Shown piece after piece: positions 1 to 10,516 of a stretch of 64,000 nucleotides of DNA. Origin of the DNA: an uncultured Ignavibacteriaceae bacterium (GTDB lineage Bacteria; Bacteroidota; Ignavibacteria; UBA10030; BY39); NCBI GenBank assembly GCA_964437735.1, contig CAYTID010000004.1:1442-65441 (forward strand), given 5' to 3'. How positions within the stretch are numbered: the stretch's first letter is position 1; every line of letters starts with the position of its first letter. Position numbers and translations under genes: made by a program. The notes beneath the pieces were generated by a model, which saw nothing but the letters and a program-made list of their open reading frames with translations, did not search any database and was not told the DNA's origin.

Positions 1-1
1 G

Positions 2-766
2 ATTGAAATGCCCGAAGTCTATTATAAAACTTCTACAGAGGCAATTCGGAAAATTTCATTTGTTCCTGCATCAGATAGCGGTTATAATATTCAAAATGTG
101 GAAACTTATCTATGTACAGACGAGTTTACAATTCCGGCGGATGCCGAAAGTTTGTTTATTCCGATAAATATGAAATCAAAGAATGCGAGTGCTCTGACAT
201 CGTCCAATAATAAGTTAAAAGTGCGCTTTAGATTTACACCTAATTACGGTTCGGCACAATATACTGCTGCCTTGTGGCGATTTGAAAACGATCATAATCT
301 AAATAAAACCATAAGCATACCTGCCGAACGACTAAGGGGTCGTAAACTGTGCCTCAAAGTGTCGTTGATCGGATTAGACCGCTCAAAACAGAATTTTGTC
401 GCGTCAGCTACACAAAGATATTATCCTGAAATTACTAACCAAGTAACCAATAAAAATACAGCTTCAGCTGCAAGTATTACAAGCCTACCCACTAAGTATG
501 CCCTAGAACAAAACTATCCCAATCCGTTTAATCCATTGACAATGATCAATTACCAATTGCCTCCGTTAGCTAACGGAAACAATTTTGTTTCGTTAAAGGT
601 ATATGACGTTCTGGGAAGAGAAGTAGCAACTTTGGTTGATGGACATAAATCAGCAGGTTATTATGATGTAACTTGGGATGCATCAAACATGCCGAGCGGA
701 GTTTACATGTATAAGCTTACTGCCGGCAGCTATACAGATGTGAAGAAGATGCTGCTTCTCCGGTAA
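2..766 (+). CDS. Secreted protein carrying a T9SS (Por) C-terminal sorting domain. The 5' end is truncated: the reading frame stays open to the window edge.
   Basis: The C-terminal ~80 aa (NYPNPFNP…MINYQLP…VYDVLGREVATL…SGVYMYKL) match the type-A T9SS C-terminal-domain consensus. There is no stop codon between position 2 and the first ATG at position 8. Confidence 0.7.
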   Translation: MEMPEVYYKTSTEAIRKISFVPASDSGYNIQNVETYLCTDEFTIPADAESLFIPINMKSKNASALTSSNNKLKVRFRFTPNYGSAQYTAALWRFENDHNLNKTISIPAERLRGRKLCLKVSLIGLDRSKQNFVASATQRYYPEITNQVTNKNTASAASITSLPTKYALEQNYPNPFNPLTMINYQLPPLANGNNFVSLKVYDVLGREVATLVDGHKSAGYYDVTWDASNMPSGVYMYKLTAGSYTDVKKMLLLR

Positions 767-795
767 CAAATTCTTTTTAAATCTGAACATTACAG

Positions 796-830
796 AAATG
801 CAAGATAAATTTTAAATTTATCTTGCATTT
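796..830 (+). terminator. Hairpin downstream of the T9SS-cargo gene; likely a transcription terminator
   Basis: Perfect inverted repeat aaatgcaagataaatt / aatttatcttgcattt with a 4-nt loop, seen directly in the sequence. The downstream T-tract is weak. Confidence 0.45.
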
Positions 831-918
831 ATTATACAACTTTCCTAAATTTCAAAAGTTATATCGTATCATTCAAAATTATACCCATTACTTTTCCATT
901 TACATTGGAGCTTAATTT

Positions 919-1353
919 ATGAAATATTATCAATTTGGATGGACAAAAGTCCTTATGATGTATCACCGCTTTTCAGGAAGCTGGGCATGGATTTTCCATC
1001 GCATTACAGGCCTCGCGCTTACGGCGTATATTTGTATTCATATCTTTGCACTATCAAATCTGCAAAAACATAAAATCGACAATGGCAGAGCCTTTAATGA
1101 AGAAATGGCATTATTCACATCACCTTTTTTCCTCTTTATTGAATGGCTTCTGTTTGCTTTTGTGTTATATCATACGCTTAACGGAATAAGAATAGTCCTT
1201 GTCGACTTTGCCAACGGGGCAAGATATCATAAAAAATTACACTACGCAGTTGTAACAATTGGTGTTATCGCTTTCTTTGCCATGGGCTACGTGATTTTCA
1301 GTCATCAGGTAAATAACGTGGTAGCATCTCTGGTTGCTTTGGGTACAAATTAA
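919..1353 (+). CDS. sdhC: Succinate dehydrogenase / fumarate reductase cytochrome b membrane subunit
   Basis: 144 aa with several transmembrane helices and a conserved His, immediately upstream of a second small membrane subunit, sdhA and sdhB. Confidence 0.7.
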   Translation: MKYYQFGWTKVLMMYHRFSGSWAWIFHRITGLALTAYICIHIFALSNLQKHKIDNGRAFNEEMALFTSPFFLFIEWLLFAFVLYHTLNGIRIVLVDFANGARYHKKLHYAVVTIGVIAFFAMGYVIFSHQVNNVVASLVALGTN

Positions 1354-1379
1354 TAATCAGAAATTTTGAGGATTTAATC

Positions 1380-1733
1380 ATGACATATAAACATTTTGGA
1401 TCTCGAACATCAGGCGCCCCGGGCTGGCTGCTACAACGAATAACAGGCATCGTACTTATTGTTTCGATGGTTGGACATTATATACTTATGCATTACACTC
1501 CCGAATCGGGGCATTCATTTGACGCCACATATGCCCGCCTCCAAAATGTCTGGTGGAAAGTATTTTATCTGACATTTGTGGTGGTAGGTTTATATCACGG
1601 ACTAAACGGGGTCTGGAGTATTGTCCGTGATTATAAGTTAAAACGCCTGATGAGCTATACCATTTTAACAGCCATAATTATCGTAGGATTGAGCTTTGGT
1701 GTTATGGGCTTTATGAATGTGCTGGCGTTTTAA
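1380..1733 (+). CDS. sdhD: Succinate dehydrogenase hydrophobic membrane-anchor subunit
   Basis: 117-aa polytopic membrane protein sitting between sdhC and sdhA; the call rests on this operon context. Confidence 0.6.
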   Translation: MTYKHFGSRTSGAPGWLLQRITGIVLIVSMVGHYILMHYTPESGHSFDATYARLQNVWWKVFYLTFVVVGLYHGLNGVWSIVRDYKLKRLMSYTILTAIIIVGLSFGVMGFMNVLAF

Positions 1734-1816
1734 AGTGGACTGTAAGTCGGTAAAAATCAAAATTGCAAATTTAAATATCGAAATCAATATTACAATCAAC
1801 TAAAGTAAAAATAATT

Positions 1817-3586
1817 ATGATTCACAAACACGATGTAATAATAGTAGGAGCAGGTCTTGCGGGCTTGAGGTCTGCTATTGAATTGTCCCAAAGGGATTCA
1901 TTCGGGACCGGTAAAGCAGATGTTGCAGTATTGTCAAAAGTATTCCCGACAAGATCGCATTCAGGAGCCGCTCAGGGTGGAATCGCCGCTGCTCTTGGAA
2001 ATGAAGAAGAAGATACTGTCGATTGGCATATTTTCGATACTGTAAAAGGAAGCGATTATTTAGGAGATCAGGATGCAATTGAACTGATGATCAGCGAAGC
2101 TCCCGAAGTAATTTACGAGCTTGAACATATGGGCGTTCCGTTTAGCCGGACCAAGGAAGGAAAAATTGCTCAGCGTCAATTCGGCGGTCATACAAAACCG
2201 GTGGTCGGACCGGACGGGAAAGAAAAGCGTCTGGCAGTTCAGCGCGCGTGTTATGCTGCCGACAGAACAGGTCATGTAATTCTTCACACGCTTTACGAGC
2301 AATGCGTCAGAAACTCTGTTAATTTTTATTCTGAATTTTACGTCACATCGCTTATTATTAAAGATAATATCTGCCGCGGAGTCGTTGCTTACGATTTAAG
2401 AACAGGAGAATTACACACGTTCCATGCAAAAGCAGTCATGTTCGGAACCGGTGGATATGGAAGAGCTTTTAAAATTACTTCGAACGCCTATGCGAATACC
2501 GGTGACGGTGTCGCAATCGCCTACAAGGCAGGAGTGCCCCTTGAGGATATGGAATTTGTTCAGTTCCACCCGACGGGTTTATGGCGGCTTGGAATTCTTG
2601 TCACGGAAGGCGCCCGCGGCGAAGGAGGATATCTAAAAAATAAATTCGGTGAGCGGTTCATGCAAAAGTATGCCCCGACCGTAATGGAGCTCGCTCCGCG
2701 AGATATGGTGACACGCTCAATAACGACAGAAATAATTGAGGGAAGGGGAATTGAAGGAAAAGATTATGTTCATCTTGACTTAACACATGTTGGTGAGGCA
2801 ACATTAAAAGAAAGGCTACCTGAAATTATCGGATTTGCAAAAACTTATGTCGGAGTAGACCCCGTCAGCTCCCCGATTCCAATTCAACCGACTGCCCATT
2901 ATTCCATGGGCGGCATTCCCACAACTCTATATGGTGAAGTTTGTTCAGACGAGAACGGTACTATTCTGAATGGATTCTTTGCAGCCGGTGAATGTGCCTG
3001 CATAAGCGTACACGGAGCAAACCGGCTTGGCACTAATTCTTTGTTAGATGCGGTTGTACATGGACGAAGAACCGGAAAACAAATAGCGAAGTTTTTACGT
3101 AATGCCGATTTCTCTCCGCTACCGGTCGATGCCGGAAATGAAGATAAAGCCAGAATTTCAGAGCTGTTCACATCGATCAGTTTAAATGAGCCATATAGTC
3201 CCATAAAAGATTCGCTACGCGATAACATGATGTCAAAAGCAGGCGTTTACCGAAACGAAGGCGACCTTACTAAAATGAAAGAGATAATTAAAGAGCTGAG
3301 AGAACGTTTCAAGAAAGTCGGTCTACGAGATAAGAGTAAAACATTCAACACTGAACTAATGGAGATTTTAGAGCTTGGGCATCTATTGGAATTTTCGGAA
3401 GTTATTGTCGAGGGTGCGCTTGCAAGAAAAGAGTGCCGCGGCGCTCACTGGCGAACTGACTATGAAAAACGCGACGACGAAAACTGGATGAAGCACACAT
3501 TTGCATTTAGGACTGATAAAGGAACAGAGTTAAAATACAAACCGGTAACCGTTACAAAATATCAGCCGATGGAAAGAAAGTACTAA
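1817..3586 (+). CDS. sdhA: Succinate dehydrogenase flavoprotein subunit
   Basis: N-terminal FAD-binding GxGxxG ([11 protein letters not shown]). [10 protein letters not shown] matches the covalent-FAD histidine motif (RSHTVAAQGG). C-terminal [14 protein letters not shown] is typical of SdhA/FrdA. Confidence 0.95.
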   Translation: MIHKHDVIIVGAGLAGLRSAIELSQRDSFGTGKADVAVLSKVFPTRSHSGAAQGGIAAALGNEEEDTVDWHIFDTVKGSDYLGDQDAIELMISEAPEVIYELEHMGVPFSRTKEGKIAQRQFGGHTKPVVGPDGKEKRLAVQRACYAADRTGHVILHTLYEQCVRNSVNFYSEFYVTSLIIKDNICRGVVAYDLRTGELHTFHAKAVMFGTGGYGRAFKITSNAYANTGDGVAIAYKAGVPLEDMEFVQFHPTGLWRLGILVTEGARGEGGYLKNKFGERFMQKYAPTVMELAPRDMVTRSITTEIIEGRGIEGKDYVHLDLTHVGEATLKERLPEIIGFAKTYVGVDPVSSPIPIQPTAHYSMGGIPTTLYGEVCSDENGTILNGFFAAGECACISVHGANRLGTNSLLDAVVHGRRTGKQIAKFLRNADFSPLPVDAGNEDKARISELFTSISLNEPYSPIKDSLRDNMMSKAGVYRNEGDLTKMKEIIKELRERFKKVGLRDKSKTFNTELMEILELGHLLEFSEVIVEGALARKECRGAHWRTDYEKRDDENWMKHTFAFRTDKGTELKYKPVTVTKYQPMERKY

Positions 3587-3635
3587 GAATAAAAAAAGAC
3601 AAAAGTCAAATTTTTAATTATAATCAGGCACAACT

Positions 3636-4334
3636 ATGCAAGTAACTTTTTCAATACTAAGATTTGATTCCGCAAAGGATCAAAATCCCTACAGGCAGGA
3701 ATATAAAATGGTAGTCGAACCGACTGACAGAATTCTTGATTGTCTCGACCGTATTAAATGGGAACAGGACGGAAGTTTAACTTATCGCCGCTCATGTTCT
3801 CACGGAATTTGCGGGTCGGATGCAATTAATATAAACGGCAAGAACATTCTCGCATGTCAGATTTTGATGCAGGACATCAATAAAAAATATATAAAAATCG
3901 ACCCGATTCCCGGTATGCCAATCATCAAAGATCTGGTGGTTGATACGACAGATTTTTTCAAAAAATACGAAGTAGTAAAACCATACCTTATCGCTAAAAA
4001 TCCACCGCCAAAGGAACGTTATCAGTCACAAGCTGACCGTGCCTTGATTGACGAAGCGGTAAATTGTATCTTATGCGGTGCCTGTACAAGCTCCTGTCCG
4101 TCAATGTGGGGTAACGAAAATTATCTTGGTCCTGCCGCAATGCTAAAGTCATATAGGTTTGCCTTCGATAGCCGCGATGAAGAACCCGAAGCCCACCTCG
4201 AAGCAATTGATACGGGTGATGGAGTTTGGCGCTGTCATACGATATTCAACTGCGTTGAGGCGTGTCCGAAGGAAATTAATCTTACATGGCACATCTCACA
4301 GTTAAAAAAGAAGTTGGTTGAAAGGGAATATTAA
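3636..4334 (+). CDS. sdhB: Succinate dehydrogenase iron-sulfur subunit
   Basis: 2Fe-2S ligands CSHGICGSDA…C, followed by 4Fe-4S and 3Fe-4S motifs CILCGACTSSCP and CHTIFNCVEACP. Confidence 0.95.
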   Translation: MQVTFSILRFDSAKDQNPYRQEYKMVVEPTDRILDCLDRIKWEQDGSLTYRRSCSHGICGSDAININGKNILACQILMQDINKKYIKIDPIPGMPIIKDLVVDTTDFFKKYEVVKPYLIAKNPPPKERYQSQADRALIDEAVNCILCGACTSSCPSMWGNENYLGPAAMLKSYRFAFDSRDEEPEAHLEAIDTGDGVWRCHTIFNCVEACPKEINLTWHISQLKKKLVEREY

Positions 4335-4367
4335 TATTCTGAAATAATTAAATATGTTAACAACATC

Positions 4368-4403
4368 AAAACCTCGTTGTTTTTATTAACAATGAGGTTT
4401 TTG
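4368..4403 (+). terminator. Rho-independent terminator after sdhB
   Basis: Stem aacctcgttg / caatgaggtt with a short loop, followed by TTTTT. Confidence 0.6.
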
Positions 4404-4473
4404 ATTTTATAAGTGATTTACTTTTGGATTTATTTTTTTCATTTCTTATCTTTTACAAATTTATTTTCGGTAA

Positions 4474-5736
4474 ATGAATTTAAAACTAACCAACATAAAA
4501 CAGCTCGTTACAATCTCGTCTCAACTAACCTCGCCTGCTGATCCCAAAGTAAGAGCAGGTGAAGAGATGGGCAATCTTGGAATTATTGAAAACGCTGCTG
4601 TTATCATCCGGGGTGGAAAAATTTTGTGGTTCGGTAAAATGTCGGATATGAATGAATCTGACTACTCCGATATCGATGAGTATGATTGCTCAGACAAAGT
4701 TGTAATGCCCGGCTTCGTTGATTCACACACACATCTGTTGTTTGGGGGCAGTCGTGAAGACGAATTTGGGATGCGATCAACAGGGGCAACATATCAGGAA
4801 ATCGCTGAAAAGGGGGGAGGCATTTTAAGCACGGTCCGTAAAACCCGTGAAGCTTCCAAAAAAGAATTAAAAAAATATGCCCGCAAACATATTCAGGCAA
4901 TGCTTAAACATGGAACAACGACCGTCGAAATTAAAAGCGGATACGGACTGAGTACAGACGGAGAAATTAAAATGATGGAAGCGATACGTGAACTGTGTGA
5001 TGAAGAAATTGTTACAGTCGTTTCCACCTTCATTGGCGCACATGCATTCCCGCCTGAGTACAAAGAAAGCCGGGAAGAATATATTTCTCTGGTCTGCAAC
5101 AGGATGATCCCTTATATCGGAGATAGGAGACTTGCAGATTTTTGTGATGTATTTTGCGAGAAGGGCTATTTCACTGTCGATGAATCCGAAAAAATTTTAC
5201 AGCGGGGAAAAGAATACGGAATGTTATCGAAAATACATGCGGAAGAGCTTAATCCTTTTGGCGGCGCTGAGTTAGCGGGCAGCATCGGCGCTGTTTCTGC
5301 CGACCATCTCGAGCACATAACCGATTCCGGAATTAAAGCTCTCAAAAATGGCGGAGTTGTTGCGTGTCTGCTGCCGGGGGTTTCTTTCTTTTTAAATCAT
5401 CAGTACGCTCCGGCAAGGAAATTAATCGATTGCAGTGTTGCCGTTGCAATCGCAACCGATTTTAATCCCGGCTCCTGTATGTCATACTCGATGCCTTTAA
5501 TGATGACAATTGCCTGTACACACATGAGGATGACTCCAGAGGAAGTAATTTCCGCTTCTACTATTAACGCTGCGGCAGCCCTGAGCTTGTCGGAAAAAAT
5601 AGGAAGTATCGATATAGGAAAACAAGCCGATGTTGTCATTTTAGATATTCCGAATTACCGGTTTTTGCCATATCATTTTGGCGAAAATCATGTTTATAAA
5701 GTAGTAAAAAACGGCGTTCTGTTAGATATTTATTAA
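4474..5736 (+). CDS. hutI: Imidazolonepropionase (histidine degradation)
   Basis: Amidohydrolase fold with PGFVDSHTHLLFGG (the HutI metal-binding HxH motif), KIHAEEL and ATDFNPGS conserved blocks, at the expected 420-aa length. Confidence 0.9.
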   Translation: MNLKLTNIKQLVTISSQLTSPADPKVRAGEEMGNLGIIENAAVIIRGGKILWFGKMSDMNESDYSDIDEYDCSDKVVMPGFVDSHTHLLFGGSREDEFGMRSTGATYQEIAEKGGGILSTVRKTREASKKELKKYARKHIQAMLKHGTTTVEIKSGYGLSTDGEIKMMEAIRELCDEEIVTVVSTFIGAHAFPPEYKESREEYISLVCNRMIPYIGDRRLADFCDVFCEKGYFTVDESEKILQRGKEYGMLSKIHAEELNPFGGAELAGSIGAVSADHLEHITDSGIKALKNGGVVACLLPGVSFFLNHQYAPARKLIDCSVAVAIATDFNPGSCMSYSMPLMMTIACTHMRMTPEEVISASTINAAAALSLSEKIGSIDIGKQADVVILDIPNYRFLPYHFGENHVYKVVKNGVLLDIY

Positions 5737-5756
5737 ATTAATACGGATAATTTTTT

Positions 5757-6800
5757 ATGAATAAGTTAGTAGAGTGTGTCCCAAACTTCAGCGAGGGACA
5801 AAATATGACAGTGATAGACGCAATTGCGGCAAGTATTGATAGCGTAGAACAAGTTAAACTGTTAAGCGTAGAACCTGATAGGGATTACAATAGGACTGTA
5901 ATAACTTTTGTCGGTGAACCCGGTGCTGTTAAGGAGGCGGCTTTTCAAGCGGCAAAAAAGGCTGCCGATCTGATCGATATGACTCAACACAAAGGTGAAC
6001 ACCCGAGAATGGGGGCAATCGATGTTGTTCCATTCATTCCATTGAGCGGCGTTTCGATGGAAGATTGTGTCGAACTCTCAAAGGAATTCGGTAAACGAGT
6101 TGCTCAAGAACTGAACATCCCTGTTTATTTATATGAAGAATCTGCTTCGACAAAGGAAAGACAGAACCTTGCCAACATCCGGAAAGGGGAGTACGAGGGA
6201 CTTCCTGAAAAATTTAATTCATCTGATTGGAATCCGGATTTTAGAATAAATAATCAAAACCAGTTTAATCCTAAGTCTGGAGCAATGGCAACCGGTGCCC
6301 GTTTTTTCTTAATCGCATATAATGTGAATTTAGATACCAATGATAAAAGCATTGCACACGAAATCGCGCTTAGGATAAGAGAAAGTGGAAAGCCCAAGAA
6401 AAACGATAAAGGAGAAACTGTTAAGGACGAAAACGGAAAAACCGTAATTATTCCCGGATCATTAAAATGCGTAAAGGCGATGGGCGTTTTACTTGAGCGG
6501 TTTAATATCGCGCAGGTCTCAATTAACTTGACTAATTTTAATGTAACGCCACCTCATGTCGTTTTTGAAGAAATAAAAAAAGAGGCACAGCATTTTGGTG
6601 TCGAAGTAACCGGAAGCGAAATCGTCGGATTAATTCCTAAAGATGCATTGATATCAGCGGGGAAATTTTTTCTCGGCGATCAATTAGATCAACTTAATGT
6701 TTCAGAAATGGATATTATAACGCTTGCAATAAAATATTTAGGATTGAGCCAGCTTGACGAATTCGATCCTAATCAGAAAATTATCGAATACATGATATAA
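5757..6800 (+). CDS. ftcD: Glutamate formimidoyltransferase (FtcD transferase domain)
   Basis: N-terminus LVECVPNFSEGQN is the hallmark start of the formiminotransferase domain, and it lies adjacent to hutI. Confidence 0.85.
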   Translation: MNKLVECVPNFSEGQNMTVIDAIAASIDSVEQVKLLSVEPDRDYNRTVITFVGEPGAVKEAAFQAAKKAADLIDMTQHKGEHPRMGAIDVVPFIPLSGVSMEDCVELSKEFGKRVAQELNIPVYLYEESASTKERQNLANIRKGEYEGLPEKFNSSDWNPDFRINNQNQFNPKSGAMATGARFFLIAYNVNLDTNDKSIAHEIALRIRESGKPKKNDKGETVKDENGKTVIIPGSLKCVKAMGVLLERFNIAQVSINLTNFNVTPPHVVFEEIKKEAQHFGVEVTGSEIVGLIPKDALISAGKFFLGDQLDQLNVSEMDIITLAIKYLGLSQLDEFDPNQKIIEYMI

Positions 6801-6816
6801 AAATAAAAAGGGAAAT

Positions 6817-7443
6817 ATGTTAACCAATAAACCTGTATATGAACTTTTAGATGAACTATCATCGCCCTCTCCCGCGCCGGGGGGCGGCAGCGTAGCTGCT
6901 CTGGCGGGTGCATTAGGTTCCGCATTAACATCAATGGTCTGTAATCTGACTATAGGCAAGAAAAAATATATTGATGTTGAGGAGAACTTTAAAAATATCC
7001 TGGAACAATCCGAAACGCTGAGGGCTCAATTCACCGAATTGATCGAAAAAGATACTACGGTATTTAACAAGGTAATGGAAGCTTTTAGTTTACCCAAAGA
7101 TAATGATGAACAAAAAGCATTACGTTCAGCGGCAATTCAATCGGCGACAAAGGAAGCCACGCTTGTTCCGCTTGAGGTAATGAAACACTGTATTGATGCA
7201 TTAGCGCTAACCAAAGCCGTTGCGGAAACCGGGAATATTAATTCAGTAAGCGACGCCGGTGTAAGCGCTATTATGCTGACTGCGGCAGCGGAAAGCGCCG
7301 AACTTAACGTTCTCATCAACCTCAAATCGATCACTAATACAGAATTTGTCGGTTGGAAATCGGAAGAAGTTAAAACTATTATGAAAACTATAAAAAATAT
7401 GAATGTCGATATTACCCGAATTGTAAAAGAGAAAATATGGTAA
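6817..7443 (+). CDS. Formimidoyltetrahydrofolate cyclodeaminase
   Basis: The PAPGGGSVAALAGALGSAL motif is typical of the cyclodeaminase domain, and the gene sits directly after the formiminotransferase. Confidence 0.85.
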   Translation: MLTNKPVYELLDELSSPSPAPGGGSVAALAGALGSALTSMVCNLTIGKKKYIDVEENFKNILEQSETLRAQFTELIEKDTTVFNKVMEAFSLPKDNDEQKALRSAAIQSATKEATLVPLEVMKHCIDALALTKAVAETGNINSVSDAGVSAIMLTAAAESAELNVLINLKSITNTEFVGWKSEEVKTIMKTIKNMNVDITRIVKEKIW

Positions 7444-7597
7444 CCATAAAAATATCAGCTTTTCTACAGGAACTGAATATAATTATCATTCGGGATGATA
7501 TTAGCAAGGTTGAGACAAGTATTACATTTTTGTGAAAATAGATATAACCCTAATACATAAACCAGAACTTAATAAATGGTAATGAAAATAACTTTCA

Positions 7598-9046
7598 TTA
7601 AACTTTCCAAAACATCTTTGTGAATATTACCATTACTGTAAACAATTCTAGTCTGCCTAATAACATATCTCCACAAAGAATCCATTTAGCTAACATTGGT
7701 AGGGCAGAATAATTAGACATCGGACCAACAGTATTTAATCCCGGTCCGACTCCTCCCATACATGAGGCTACACCACTTATTGCAGAAACGAGATCAACGC
7801 CTGTAATCATTAACATCAGGGACGAGGCCGAAAAGATTGTTATGTATAAAACAAAAAAGGCTGCAATAACAGAAAGAATTTCCGGGTCAACCAATTTATT
7901 GTTGAATTTAATAGGTACAACAGCTCGGGGATGGATGATACGCTTTACTTCAGCAAATGTATTTCTTAATAATAAGAATACCCTCACGTTTTTTATGCCA
8001 CCCGCCGTCGAGCCCGCACAACCTCCGAAAAACATTAAAATAATAAGTAGGAGTTGGGCAGATGGCGCCCATTGTGCAAAATCTGCGGTTGCAAAACCTG
8101 TACAGCTTGATATTGATATTACATTAAAGAATGAAAATCTAATAGAATCAATTAAATTATATGTAGGATTGTAAATAAAATTTATCCCTGCAACAATTAT
8201 TATCGAACAAGCGATTAGTGTAAAAAAAAATTTAAATTCACTATTACGAAAATAATTCAGCGGATCACCTTTTAGTGAAGCGTAATGCAGTCCAAAATTC
8301 ACAGCCGACAAAAACATGAAAACCCCAATTATAAACTCAATATATGGCGAGTTATAATGAGCAATGCTTGCGTTTTTAGTGGAAAATCCTCCGGTTGCGA
8401 TAGTTCCAAAAGCATGGCATACAGCATCAAAAAGATTCATTCCCCCGATAAGCAATAAAACAATTTCTGTTACTGTCAATAATAAATATACACTCCAAAG
8501 CAATCGAGCTGTTTCTGTAATTCTTGGTGTCAATTTATCCTTTGTGGGACCTGCAGCTTCAGCTTTATATAGCTGCATACCGGCAACTCCGAGTAAAGGT
8601 AATATTGCCAGTGAAAGAATCACTATCCCCATTCCACCCAACCAATGAGTCATGCTTCTCCAGAACAATACCCCGTGTGGAAGTTTTTCAACATCTATTA
8701 AGATTGAAGCCCCGGTAGTTGTAAATCCCGAAACGGTTTCGAATATTGCATCGGTTAATGAGGGTATACTACCGGATAATATATAAGGCAATGAACCAAA
8801 AAGAGAAATGGCAATCCAACCGATTGAAACAATTAAAAATCCATCCTTGATGCATAGTTCTTTCGTCTTGGGTTTTAAAATATGCCAAAAGCCTAAACCA
8901 ACAATAATCGAAATTAGCGAAGAATATAAAATTGGTATTATATCTTTATCGTTATAATAAATTGAGAAGGGAATTCCCAACAACATTGCGACCCCGCTGG
9001 AAGCAATTAAAAAACCGATAATAGAAAATATAAATCTATAATTCAT
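7598..9046 (-). CDS. trkH: Trk-type K+ uptake membrane subunit TrkH (paralog 2)
   Basis: 482-aa polytopic protein with repeated selectivity-filter-like segments (TTTGAS, TGGFST). It is about 60% identical by eye to the neighbouring paralog and lies downstream of trkA. Confidence 0.85.
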   Translation of the reverse strand: MNYRFIFSIIGFLIASSGVAMLLGIPFSIYYNDKDIIPILYSSLISIIVGLGFWHILKPKTKELCIKDGFLIVSIGWIAISLFGSLPYILSGSIPSLTDAIFETVSGFTTTGASILIDVEKLPHGVLFWRSMTHWLGGMGIVILSLAILPLLGVAGMQLYKAEAAGPTKDKLTPRITETARLLWSVYLLLTVTEIVLLLIGGMNLFDAVCHAFGTIATGGFSTKNASIAHYNSPYIEFIIGVFMFLSAVNFGLHYASLKGDPLNYFRNSEFKFFFTLIACSIIIVAGINFIYNPTYNLIDSIRFSFFNVISISSCTGFATADFAQWAPSAQLLLIILMFFGGCAGSTAGGIKNVRVFLLLRNTFAEVKRIIHPRAVVPIKFNNKLVDPEILSVIAAFFVLYITIFSASSLMLMITGVDLVSAISGVASCMGGVGPGLNTVGPMSNYSALPMLAKWILCGDMLLGRLELFTVMVIFTKMFWKV

Positions 9047-9064
9047 ACAATGGTGTAGTATGAG

Positions 9065-10513
9065 CTACACTTTCCAATAAACGCGTGTAAAAATAACCAG
9101 CACTGTAAAAAGTTCTAAACGCCCTATAAGCATACATATGCTTAATACCCACTTGCCTAAAAAAGGAATATGAGAGTAGTTATCAACCGGACCTACATCA
9201 CCGAGACCAGGTCCAATATTTCCTAATGACGCAATGACTGCTCCCATTGAAGTAATTATATCAAGCCCTAATACCGTTAAGAGAATAGTTGCGATAATGA
9301 ATGAGGTAATAAAAATAACAAAAAATGATAATATATTGCTGATAATTTCAGCCGGAACTGCGTGTTGATTAAACCGAACAGGTATGATTGCTTTCGGGTG
9401 GATCAGTTTACGAAGTTCGGCGGCGCTGTTGCGCAGTAATATCAATATGCGCATGCTCTTAATACCGCCGCCTGTGGATCCTGCACAGCCTCCGTTAAAC
9501 ATTAATAAAAAGAGTATAAACATAGCGGCAACGGGCCAAAGTTCATAATCTGCTGTTGCAAAACCCGTAGTAGTTATTATCGAGACAATCTGGAACGAAC
9601 TATACCGAAGAGCTTCTCCGATTGAAGCATAGTTTCCATTTGTTATTAATAGAACCGCAACAATTACAATTGACGATAATGTTATTCCAAAATAAAATAA
9701 AAATTCGCTGTTCTTAAAATAACTTACCATGTCCCCTTTTATTGCCCTGTAATGTAAAACAAAATTTGCGCCAGCTGCGAACATGAATATCGTAATGACA
9801 ATATCAATAAATGGAGAATTATAATATGCAATACTCGTATCTTTAGTCGAAAAGCCCCCTGTCGCCATTGTTGTAAACGAATGAGTTACTGCATCAAAAA
9901 AACTCATTCCTCCAATAATCAATAAGACTGTTTGTACGGTTGTTAAGAGAATATAAACCTTCCATAGAACTTTTGCAGTTTCTCCAATTCTTGGTTTAAG
10001 TTTATCAACAGTCGGGCCGGGAACTTCCGCCCTATATAGTTGCATCCCCCCTATACCTAATACAGGGAGAATTGCCAAACTTAAAACAATTATTCCCATT
10101 CCCCCGATCCATTGTGTCATACTTCGCCAGAAGAGAAGGCCTTTTTCCACTGATTCTATCTTGGTTAAGATGGTTGCACCTGTTGTTGTGTATCCGGAAA
10201 CAGTTTCAAAGATTGCATCGGTAAAAGATGGTATGCTGCCGGAAATAATAAACGGAAGAGAGCCAAACAAGCTCATTGCTACCCACCCTAATGTAACGAT
10301 TGCAAAACCGTCGCGTGCTTTTAATTCTGAAGTAAATTTTTTAAAAACCAACCATAGAATTCCACCAGAACAAATACTTAATAATGAAGAAATTAATATT
10401 GGCAGGCCGCTTCCGTCGGAATAATATAGAGAAACCGGAATTGCGAGCAACATCCCGATTCCGTTGAATGTAATTAATAAGCCGAGAATGGAAAGAGTAT
10501 TTCTGAAGTTCAT
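9065..10513 (-). CDS. trkH: Trk-type K+ uptake membrane subunit TrkH (paralog 1)
   Basis: Same architecture as the neighbouring gene (FETVSGYTTTGATIL, ATGGFSTKD). Confidence 0.85.
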   Translation of the reverse strand: MNFRNTLSILGLLITFNGIGMLLAIPVSLYYSDGSGLPILISSLLSICSGGILWLVFKKFTSELKARDGFAIVTLGWVAMSLFGSLPFIISGSIPSFTDAIFETVSGYTTTGATILTKIESVEKGLLFWRSMTQWIGGMGIIVLSLAILPVLGIGGMQLYRAEVPGPTVDKLKPRIGETAKVLWKVYILLTTVQTVLLIIGGMSFFDAVTHSFTTMATGGFSTKDTSIAYYNSPFIDIVITIFMFAAGANFVLHYRAIKGDMVSYFKNSEFLFYFGITLSSIVIVAVLLITNGNYASIGEALRYSSFQIVSIITTTGFATADYELWPVAAMFILFLLMFNGGCAGSTGGGIKSMRILILLRNSAAELRKLIHPKAIIPVRFNQHAVPAEIISNILSFFVIFITSFIIATILLTVLGLDIITSMGAVIASLGNIGPGLGDVGPVDNYSHIPFLGKWVLSICMLIGRLELFTVLVIFTRVYWKV

Positions 10514-10516
10514 TTT

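Noticed and set aside
1875-3228. Several minus-strand ORFs of 67–109 aa inside sdhA
   Set aside because: They lie antisense within a strongly supported conserved gene and have low-complexity translations, so they are spurious.
7575-7633. Inverted repeat aatggtaat / attaccatt near the trkH 3' end
   Set aside because: The loop is about 40 nt and the right arm is inside the trkH coding region, which makes a terminator unlikely.
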